From NCBI RefSeq assembly GCF_006345805.1, contig NC_042997.1:41354001-41418000 (forward strand): a stretch of 64,000 bases of DNA, in the 5' to 3' direction. Below are positions 43,547 through 55,400 of the stretch, piece by piece. The translations under genes and the position numbers were made by a program. Position 1 is the first letter of the stretch, and every line of letters begins with the position of its first letter. The notes beneath the pieces were generated by a model that saw only the letters and a list, made by a program, of their open reading frames with translations, was not told the DNA's origin and ran no database searches. Source of the DNA: Octopus sinensis (Eukaryota).

Positions 43547-46421
43547 TAATACAGTCCATACTTGAAAAAGAGACTTTCTTGTGTTGAATTTATAAATGAT
43601 AGAATACAAATTGACAACTACTGAGTCTGTTGCCTGATCTTCAATTGATTTAGTCTAATATCTCACTGATTGACAGTTAAATAAATATCAAGTTTTATCA
43701 TACAGGAGCAACTGGTTCCACAAATTCAAGTGAAATTACTGGCCTTGTGCCAAAATTTGAAACCAAAATTCCAGTGATGTTTATGGTCAATAAAATAAGT
43801 ACCAGTTAAGCACTGGGGTTGATATAATTGACTTAGCCACTCTCCTGAAATTGCTGGCCTTGTGCCAAAATTTGAAACCAAAATTCCAGCAACGTTTATG
43901 GTCAATAAAATAAGTACCAGTTGAGCACTGGGGTTAATGTAGTTGACTTAGCCACTCTCCTGAAATTGCTGGCCTTGTGCAAAAATTTGAAACCAAAATT
44001 CCAGCAACGTTTATGGTCAATAAAATAAGTACCAGTTGAGCACTGGGGTTGATGTAATTGACTTAGCCATTCTCCTGAAATTGCTGGCCTTGTGCCAAAA
44101 TTTGAAACCAAAATTCCAGTGATGTTTATGGTCAATAAAATAAGTTCCAGCTGAGCACTGTGGTTGATGTAATTAACTTAGCCACTCTCCTGAAATTGCT
44201 GGCCTTGTGCCAAAATTTGAAACTAACATTCCAGTGATGTTTCTTGTATTTGTTATAATTAATAGAGATAGTCTTTACTTAGTATCAGTTAAATGTTGAT
44301 TATATTTTTCTGTTTGCTAATGTATTATAATAATGACATTACTTTGTCTTCAAATACTTTTCTGTCTTTACCCACTGAACTCCCCAACTCACCCCTAATC
44401 CCTCACCAACGAAATGATTTTATCTGTTTACTTTTTCATAATTCAGTTGTGCTGGATGTTTGTAGAATGCAACATCAACTGGAAGGTGTGAAGTTAAATG
44501 TTCAACCATTCTGGGAACCATCTGAAGAAAACACCATTTCAAGACATCAAGTTCATGACTATTTACTACCTTCCAAGTTCCATCTGACTTTCTTAAAGAA
44601 ACATACATATATATAAGCAATGTAACATATCTGGAATGGTACAACAATGCAGAGTGGACTATAATAACTGTTAGAAATAATTGAATTATTCATGGTCTAT
44701 AATTTTGGATTATAAAAATTCCTACCTCAGAGATTGCTAGGAACTAACGGAGTCCCTATTATAGTTGGTTTTCTTATTCTTCTAATGGTTACTGAAATCG
44801 GTTGGAAGCGTTCTTGTAATAGTTTCATGAAGTTCTTTCTGGAATACCTCAGGAGAAGTGTGTGAGGATTGTCATGTCTTGAACTCGTGTGTGTTGGTAC
44901 ATTCATAGCACTGTTTTTCTTGTCAGTTGTTTGACCATAACCAGTTGAGCATGTCCCTTAGTGGCTGATGATATGTGCTTCTCTGATCATAAGCAGAAGT
45001 AGTGTGGGTGCATCATAGCTATGTGGTGAGAGGGATTCTTTGGGGTTTGAATAATTCACCCCTGGAGACAAGAGTGTTTCACTCAACATCCTTTAATAAC
45101 CTTTATTCAGGGACCTTTTGGGTGCGATGGACTACTTGACCTGAAGAAAATTCTAACTGGGCCCCCACCTGATAGGCCATGCACTGTTTATCTTGATAAG
45201 AGATAACGATGTTGTGCACATATGGTTGTGATGCATGATCCTGGTGTACCCTTAACAGATGGGTAGAAATGATGTGGATACTGCGCTTTGTATATTTGTA
45301 CCCCATTGTCACTTTGATGGCATTTGCTGCTCTCTCATTCAATAATAATAATAACAATAAAAATAATTGATGATGATGATGATAAGGAAAAAAAAACAAA
45401 AGAATTTACCTGATGATACATCTGAACCATCTACTGACATTTGTTGGAAATATTCTTTAAATCTCTGTTAAAAGTAAGCAAATAATTCATTATCACTCAA
45501 TGAAAAAATAATTAATTTCTGCTAATTACAATGCAATGTTTTAACTCATTGTTTCTATCACAAATATTGTTTTAAATTAATATTTTCATTTATTGTATCA
45601 TAGAATAACTTCCTATGAGGAAGAGGCTTTTGAATATTCTGTAGTTTGGGGAGGAATTTTTATTTACAGAATAAAAGGAAATGAAATTTGCTTGTTTAAG
45701 TGACTGTAAAAAATTATTCATGGAATTGAAACTGGTATCAAGATTCCATGTTATGCCCAAACACCAGCTTAATAATGACAAACCGATTTTACTTAATTCC
45801 TCATTACTTTCAAAACTGATTAAAACCAAAAGAAGAACATTTCTGTTGAAACAGACTGGCTTTGAGTAAATTCCAGTGAATTACTGGTATGTCAACAGTG
45901 CTTTACTTCAATGCTATATATACTGTCCTACAGAGTATATCTGCAGATGTGTACCCAACACTGGAGAAAGAAGAAAAGGAACTGGTCCAGCCAAACAATC
46001 TTTTCCCGTCCCCAACACATATTGTATACAGAAAGTGTATATATGACGCTCAGTTTATATACACCCATCTTGCTTACATCCATCTATGCATAGACAATAT
46101 AGTTTACATTACTATAAAAATATATATATACTGATATTCTATATATATATATATATAGACAAGACATTTACATTAGTCTGTACACACACATCTTGTACAT
46201 CTATTATATAGATATGAGTGTATATGGTTCTGTATGTGTGGTTAGCCCTGAAAGTCCCTGAAACGATGTATCCTCAAGAAAAAACGAATTTGATATTCAA
46301 AATCTGCATCCCAATGAATGGTCATCCATAAATAATAATATGAAAATATAATTTGCAACGAGAACTCAACTACAAATGTCTTTCTCTCTATTTGTTACCA
46401 TGAATCTCTCTCTATTATTTT

Positions 46422-46453
<32 letters not shown>

Positions 46454-46455
46454 CC

Positions 46456-46487
<32 letters not shown>

Positions 46488-49400
46488 TGTATTATCTCTC
46501 ACGTATTGCTTTCATACTGTTTAAAACAATGTCTTCTAAAGTTTACTTCCGTTGTATCACAGCTTCTATGCACAAACCCTGTTTTTTCATTGCTATTCTG
46601 ACCTCGTCTGTAGAATTCATATTTTTTACATCCAAATCATTTTTGAAGACTGCAGAATGAATGATATAATCAGATGGAGCAATGTCTGATGAATATGGTG
46701 GGTGGGGCATCGTTTCCCATTCAAACTGCTCCAGCCTTTGGAATGTCATTCTTGCTGTATGTGGCCAAACATTATCCTGATGGAAGAACACCTTTCGTCT
46801 TCAAACCAAAGATGGTCGTTGTTCTTCTAGTGCTGACTTAAACTGCTCAAGCTGCTCACTGTAGATCTCCTTTGTTATTGTTTGGTTTGGGTTTAAAAGT
46901 TCAAAGTGGACTTAACCTTTCATATCTCACCAAACTGATAACAACACCTTATATGGATGAAGACCTTCTTTCTCCTGGTGTATCGGTCTTTCTCCTTTCC
47001 CTACACACTTCAGTACTTGACATTCTTATAGAGAACCCATTTCTTGTCACCAGTCGCTATTCAGTCCAAAAAAGATTCATTCATGAGATGTGACAGCAAA
47101 GAAGAGCACACCTTCACTCTCAGTGCATGATTAGACTCAGAAAGTTAGTGAGGAAATCATTGACACCATTTGCTGTTTGCTGACTTTGTCTGGTGGCATG
47201 CAGGTGTCGATGAATGGTTGAATGACCAAATACAAGCTTCTCTGTTAGTTCCTTAACAGTATGATGGGATTTTGTTCCACCAGGCTTTGCAGGACATCCT
47301 CATAGAGCTCTACAGATCTTCCAGAATGAGGGTTGTCTTCTAGGCTGTAGTTTCCAACACAGAATTTGTGGAACCACCATTGACACTGGCTTATACTTAT
47401 TGTCCAATCCTCATATACTGTATTAATATTCCTCACACTTTCCATTGTCTTTATGCCGAATATGCTCCTTTGTAACTTCCATTGTAGCTTTGAAAAAATG
47501 ACTGTTAAAATTGAACTACACTCTTCAAAATTTGAATTAAGAATAATTCAAAGGTAAAATTACTACCTGCTTTTATAGCAAGTTGATGCAGGTACTATTT
47601 TTTCCCATCCCCCTCCGACTTTCAGTTCATGCAATGGAAAAAATCACATTATTTATGGAAAAGAAATGTGTCTGCATGGGTAATGGCTCAATTGCATTTA
47701 ATGATGCTGCAAAGAGAGAGACTTGGAGATACCACTATGAAAGGTTGTCAAATGAAGAGAATGAATGGGAGAATGAGAGTCTGCCAACAGAGAGACCAAC
47801 TATCTAAATTTACAGTACCTTGGTAGATAAAGCAATTAAGGGTATGAAGACAGGGAAAGCCCAGACCCATCAGGAAACACTGCAGAGATGCTTAAAACAT
47901 CTGGCAGTGTCGGCTATAGCCTAGTCACCCATATAGTCAAGCAGGTGATACATGAAGGAGTCATACCCGATGACTGGTGTAGCAGCATAATAATCAACTG
48001 CTACAAAGATAAAGGTGACACTTTAGATAGAAATAATTAGAGAGGTATCACGTTGTTGGATCAGGTAATGAAAGTCACATAGAGGGTTGTAGCCCAACTA
48101 ATTAGGGAGAGAGTTAGTTTAGACAAGATACAGTTTGGGTTTGTGCCAGGGAAAAGCACCACTGATGCTATATTTCTGGTAAGACTGCTGCTGGAGAAAT
48201 ACCTAGCCAAAAATAAACCTCTGTACCTGACTTTCGTTGACATGGAGAAAGCCTTTGACAGGGTCCCCTGATCACTTATCTGGTGGTCAATGCGGAAACT
48301 GGGGATAGATGAATGGTTAGTGAAGGCTGTACAAGCCATGTGCAGGGATACTGTCAGTAAGGTGAGGGTTGTCAACAAGTATAGTGAAGAATTCTGAGTA
48401 GGGATCCACCAAGGACCAAGTCCCTAACTCCATTTTATTCATCATAGTCCTCCAGACAATAACAGAGGAATTCAAGATAGGATGCCCCTGGGAGATCCTT
48501 GATGCTGATGATCTTGCTCTTATAGCTGAGTTACTATCAGAACTAAAGAAGTTTCAGGTGTGGAAGTAGTGTCTAGAATCAAAGGGTCTTAGAGAGAATT
48601 TCGCAAAAACTAACGTCTTAATAAGTAGGAAGACAGACAAATCACAAATCCATTCAGGTAGATGTTCTGCTTGATCTGTAGAAAAGGCATCGGTAGAAAT
48701 TCCATAAGATGTACCCAGTGCAAGCTATGGACACACAAGAGGTGCAGCAATATCAAAGAAGGCTAACTGGGAAGATAGTTTTTGTGTGTGCCAAATGCAG
48801 AGGGGCGATAAACACTGGAAATGTGCAGGAAACAGATTCCATCACATGCCAGGTGGAGAAACTAGAAGTAGTTCATAGCTTCTGTTACCAAGGTGACCAA
48901 GCCAGCATTGAGAGCAGAACTTCTTGAATGAGAATACCCCAGGCAAAGTGCAGAGAGCTCCTACCTCTGCTGGTAACAAAGGGCCTCTCACTCCAAGTGA
49001 AAGGTAGACTGTATGACACATGTGTGAGAACAGCCATGCTACATGGCAGTGAAACATAGGCTGTGACAGTTGAAGACATGCATAAGGTCACAAGGAATGA
49101 AACCAGTATGCTCCACTGGATGTGTAATGTCAGTGTGGATACACAACAGAGTTTAAGAACCCTGAGAAAAAAGTTGGACATAAGAATCATCAGATGTGGT
49201 GTGCAAGAGAGACGACTGCACTGGTATGGTCATGTGGTGCAAATGGATGAGGATAGCTGTGTGAAAAAGTGTCACACCCTAGCAGTGGAGGGTACTTGTA
49301 GAAGAGGTAGACCCAGGAAGACATGGGATGAGGTGGTGAAGCATGATCATAAAATGTTGGGCCTCACAGAGGTGATGACAAGCAACAGAAACCTTTGGAG

Positions 49401-52400
49401 ATATGCTGTACTTGAGAAGACCTGGCAAGCCAAGTGAGACGATAACCATGACCTATGCCAGTGTAACATAACCAGCCCATTTAAGAGTACCCATCAATCA
49501 TTGGCCAATAAACTGCACTTGAGGAGACCTGTTGAGTCAAGTGAAATCATTGTTATAGAGGATGCCAATGCTGCCTGATTGGCAGCTGTGCTGGTGGCAT
49601 GTAAAAAGCACCATTCGAGTGAGGTTGTTGCCAGTGTTGCCTGATTGTTCCCATGCTGGTGGCATGTAAAAAGCACCATTTGAGCTTGGTTGTTGCCAGT
49701 GCCACATGACTGGCCCCCATGCCAGTGGTACATAAAAAGCATCCACTACAATCTCGGAGTGGCTGGTATTAGGAAGGGCATCCAGCTTCAGAAACCTTGC
49801 CAGATCAGGTTGGAGCCTGGTGCAGACTTCTGGTTTGCCAGTCCTCAGTGGAACCTTCCAACCCATGCCAGCATGGAAATGAGACATTAAACAATGATGA
49901 TGGTGATGATGATGAAGCTGATATTCCACCCATCTCTGCTATTGATGCTCAAACACAGAGTAGGGTTTGCTGACCCCTGTTACTTTGTTGAACACTTGAC
50001 CATATCAGATTTTATATTTTGGAGATATCTACACTCCAACAGGGGGTTGAGTTCCACTCAGTTACATTGATGTTCTTGGAAAAGACACAGAACAAGAAGC
50101 AGAGTAAAGGGGGAGGAGGCGGACAGAGATTATTGGTGTGGAATTGTGAAATGTGTCTTGATTGTGGCAGCTTGGAAGAGGAGGAGGAAGGGGAGGAGGA
50201 AAAGAGTGAAAGGAAGACAGACAGCACTGATTTCAAATCTGCTGAATCAGAACTGACTCGGGGTTAAATAAGAACAGTCAAACTGCAAAGAAGACCTTCA
50301 GTGTTACCAATTCTTGTTGAGTTGGTTTTGAATCCAATAACAACCAACAAGCAAAACATTCTTAGCTTCAAATGTTACAATGGAATATTTCAGAAGCAAG
50401 AATTTGGTGATGGGAAATAGTATAATGAAAGGATAAAGCACAAGATATAATGAACAGCCTTAAAGGTAGCATGAAGAAAGGTACCCAGGACATGCTGTGA
50501 AGTGGTTGGCATTAGGAATGGCATCCAGCCATAGAAACCATGCCAAAGCAGACACTGGGGTTTAATAAACCCTTCTGGCTCATTGGAGCCAGTCAAAATG
50601 TTGCACCCATGAAAGTATGGAACAAGGGCAGTAAATTATTATGAGGGTCATTTCTATTTTCTTTTCTTTATTGCGGAATATTGGTTTTTGGTAAATTCCA
50701 AGAATATCAACATAAAACAACAAACAATAAATACATCAACCAACCTTTGCTATTTCTCTGTCTTGAGGATAAACCATGAAGTAAACGTCTTGAATTTTGG
50801 TTTGAGTAGTTTTTCACGGCTTCATACATAGTTCTGGGTAGATTTTCAATGGGGTACTTCAATGTTCCAGCTCCTAATATAGGAAATGCAATACTTTTCA
50901 CTCCCATTCCCTCAGTATTTTTCAGACAAATGGTTATTATTTGAGTCAAGTTTGCCAGAATCTAAAAAAAATAATTGTTTAGTAATTGATAATGAATATT
51001 TTATTAGAGGAAGGAATTGTTAAGTTGTAATTAATATATTCTTTGATTAACAAATTCCACACAAAATTTGTTGTTCTAAACAGAAATGTTTTACAGATTT
51101 GAATAGTATTAAACAACTTCTAGTGATTATTGGATTAACAGATCATGTGGTCATTGGATTAACACATCATTTGACAGAAGGATCAACACAGATCATGTGA
51201 TAGCAGGAAGTCTGGTCTGAGTGAAGATATGGATGCCGTGAATGGAAAGAGAAATGTTCCAAGATTTGGTGGTTGCACAGTGTAATTCAGGTGGAATTTT
51301 GTAATTAACAAAAAAAATAATAGGGAAGAGGAGAGATTAATTATTATTTACAAGAGGGAAATCTGGGTGAGAACATACTGCAAGAAGCAACAAAACCACC
51401 CACAAGGCAGGGCGCCACAGGCACAAAAGATTCTACACTGCACACAAGAGACTATGGTTGAGTCAAAATGTTCAGGGAATATCTACAATAGAGTCTACAT
51501 CAATTTCAAACAACCAGAATCCATGCTTTGGAAATTGTACAGAATACCACAACACCAGACTGTCACACTGTAGCCCATACTGTACATCAGTGGACATCAA
51601 AATACATGCTACTCTCTTGAAGCAGACGGAAGTGTTGTATGACTGGAAAAACACATCTGTGGATTGTGCATAGTTTTATGGACAATTCCGTTCATGCCAC
51701 AGGGATGCTGGATCAATGATAACCTAGGGTTGTACAACAACTCTTTCAATAAATCGATATAATATGATTGATACTTACTGAATCAGATGAATTTTCATCC
51801 CAGGGAGGTAATACCAGGTGAAATACATTCTTACAGTTGAGGTTATATCCTTTAGTGATGGCTATTTTAAATGTAGAAATACCTTGAGGATATTTCTGGT
51901 TACATTCAACTTGTATCTCTGGACCAGCAGCAAGGAGAATATATTTGGAGATAACACCAATGTCAAGACAGAGATGTTCATTGGTGCTGTTAATGATGAC
52001 ATCAACCTACAAAGGAATTTAATGGTAAACAACTAAGGAACATTCCATGGAGAGAAGAGAGATACATTGTTGCAGTTGATATTGTTGTTAAGAAAGGCTC
52101 TACAGAATGGCTGTAGCAAGTTTGAGGTTGTTAAAGGAAATAAAATGTGAAGGAAATAAAATGTTTGAGTTTGATTGAGAAAATGTTTTAATTAACTGTA
52201 ATGATTCCTTATTTGGAAATGAAATAACAATTAAATATAAATAAGTTACATGAATCTATTTACTCACAGATGCATTAGAAATTGAATCAATCAATAGTTG
52301 TATTTTGATGTCAGCATTTTCTCCGGATGCCACATTAGTTCTGGGTGTCATAGGGGCTGCTTTCTGTTGTGGACCAAGAAGGGAAGCGTTGAATGATGTG

Positions 52401-55400
52401 GTTCCTGAAAATAAACAATTAAACATTTTTCTCTCTCTCTTAAAAGAACTACTTTATTCCATATAAACAGTAATGATATTCCTTTCTGAAAATAGGATTT
52501 AGCAAGAGAATACATGCTAACTTGTAGTCACCCCCCCCTCCACACACCTTTTATATAGCGACAAGGCTATATAACGTTATTTCCATCTATTTCTTCTACC
52601 AAATGGACTAAAAATACATTGAAGAACATACTTGAAACTTTCAAAGTCTGAAAACAGTGAAACTGATTAGTAAAATGTGATCTTCCACCTCTTATGAAAC
52701 GTTTTTGCTTAAAGACTATGTTGCAAATTACGGAAGTGCATGACCTAGGGTTTAAGACGAAAAGACATCGACAGTAAGACGGAAAGACAGAATAGGGAGA
52801 AAATAATAAGGGTCTATGATGATAATACTCGCAAAAATACAATGAAACGAGGAGCAAGTTGAAAGCTTAAAATCTCTTATCTGAAATTTTTCATCCTCTG
52901 AGAATCGTGTTTACAGCCAGGGTTAATCAATATATATATATATGTATATATATATATAAATATGTATATATATATGGTGCATTTTAAAACCTTTCTTGTA
53001 ATTTTTGTTTCATGTATATATCACTCATATGGCAGTGTTGTCTGCTTCACACAATTTACCTGCTTACCACATCACATGACTCAGGCTGATGGTCATGTGA
53101 GCAGTAATTTCTAACAGGGTAACCTGTTCAAGGAAAGAAACTTGGTTATTCAGTTGAAGAAGGCTTCCAGAGCTAAATGGCCTCTCGTAAATACTTTAGA
53201 GTCAGCCAACGCTATAACTCTTGGTTCGACATTATTGGACATAAGAAAATAAAACAGTTATTTCAAGAAATTTCTCTTTAAAGAATGATAAGTAGAAAAA
53301 TGTAAATCATCATAATCATCGTCATTTAACATCCACTTTCCATGCTGGCATGGGTTGGATGGCTTGACTGAAAGTGATAGGCTGGAGAGCTGCACCAGGT
53401 TCCAGTCAGATTTGACACAGATTCTACAGCTGGATGCCTTTCCATATGCCAACCACTCCAAGAGTGAAATGGGTGCTTTTTATGTGACACCAGCATCGTC
53501 TACGATTTCATTTGGTTTGATGAGTCTTCTCAAGCATGGTAAATTGCCAGAGGTCTCAGCAACTTATCATCTCTGTGTGGATCAAAGTTTGTAAGGTACT
53601 TTTTGTGTAACACTGGCATAAGCCACAACTACAATTTCACTTGGCTTGATGGGTCTTCTTAAGCACAGAATATTGCCAAAGGTCTCAGTCAATAGTCATA
53701 GCCTCCATGAAGCTCAATGTTCGAGGATCATGCTTCACTACCTCGTCCCTTGTCTATCTTGGGTCTATCTCTTCCACATGTCCCCTCCAAAGTGCAGTCT
53801 TCTCTCTTGCACACCACATCTGATGCCTCTTGTGCACCATTTTTCTTTCCAGATGCTTACACTCTGCCATACATGCACACTGACATTGCACATCCAGTGA
53901 AGCAGAGTGCCTTTATTTCTTTCAAGCATTTACATGTCCTCTGCAGCCACAGCCCATGTTTCACTGCCGTATAGCATGGCTGTTTGCACACAGGTATCAT
54001 ACAGTCTACCTTTCACTCTGAGGGAGAGGCCCATCATTATCAACAAAGGTAAAAGCTCTCTGAACTTTGCCCAACCTAATCTTATTCTTACAGCTATGCA
54101 CTTGGAGCTTCCACTTCCACTACTAATTTGTTCACCTAGATAGCAGAAGCTGTCAACTACTTCTAGGTCTCCCTCACAGGCATTTGATGGAGTTTATTTT
54201 CTGTACATTTCTAGTGCTTATTGTACCTACACACAACAACTATCTTCCTGGTTAACCTTCCTTTGATATTGCTGCACCTTTTATGTGTCCATAGCTTGCA
54301 CTGGGTTCATCTTATGGAGTTTCTACCTACACCTTTTCTGCAGATCAAGCAGGGCCATTTACCTGAAGGGATTCGTGATTTGTCAACCTTCCTACTTGCT
54401 AAAACTTTGTTTTTTCAAGATCAACTCTAAGGCCCTTCGATTCTAGACCTTGCTTCAATGCCTGAAACTTCTTTAGTTCTGGTAGTCAATCAGCTAATAG
54501 AGGAAAGTCATCAGCTTAGAGGAGCTCCCAGGGACAGCCTATCTTGATTTCCTCAGTTACTGCCTGGAGGACTATGATGAATAAGAGGGGGCTGAGGTGA
54601 ACCTCTACTTCTACCTGGAATTTTTCACTATACTTGTTGCCAACCTTTAACTTGCTGACAGCATCCCTGTACATGGCTTGAACAGCTCTCACCAACTACT
54701 CATTTATCCCTAGTTTCTGCAGTGACCTCCAGATAAGGGATTGGGGGACTCTGTCAAAAGCTTTCTTTATGTCAATGAAGGCCAAGTACAGAGGTTTATC
54801 TTTGGCTAGGTACAGAGGTTTATTTCCCGCAGCTGTCTTACCAGAAATATAACGTCAGTGGTGCTACTCCCTGGCACAAACCTAAACTGCATCTCGTCTA
54901 AACTTACTCTCTCCCTAACTATTTGGGCTATGACCCTCTCCATGACTTTCATCACCTGATCCAACAATTTGCTAACTCTCCAATGTCTGTTTTTTTTGTG
55001 GGGGTGGGGACACTTTATACCTTCATATTAATTAGAATATGAACAAAAGTCATGTTTACAATGTATCAGATAAATAATTATAATTATCCTTTGTTAGGGA
55101 ATCACAGAATGAGACAAGAATATTTTATCAACAGCCATAAATTAAACATCATCATCATCCTTGATTTCACATCCATTGTTCCCTGCTTGCATGGGTCAGA
55201 TTAGTTTATTGAGGCAGACTTTCTATAGCTGGATGCTCTTCCTGATGCTGACTCTCACCTGTTTCCAAGCAAGGTAATATTTCCCCCTGGCCACACGAGG
55301 TTTCCACAGAAGACAGGAAACAAACAACCTCACTTGTATGCTGGAGATGCTTGTTTACAGCCATCACGTGATGTGAAGACAAGAGTACAAACACACACAC

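Larger units (their letters stand above)
34080..52430. repeat. intragenic tandem duplication of the 4-exon macrodomain module (copy 1 ~45400-52430; copy 2 ~34080-41440)
   Basis: exons and introns align, e.g. 40550-41430 with 51550-52420, 36590-37050 with 50620-51060, 34150-34760 with 45460-46080. Confidence 0.93.

Noticed and set aside
43735-44245. Regularly spaced repeats resembling a CRISPR array
   Set aside because: Whole 115-bp units repeat with no unique spacers; SINE-related; eukaryotic context with no cas genes.
52560-52926. Second piggyBac element ending ...ccagggTTAA
   Set aside because: No matching opposite TIR or clear transposase motif found.
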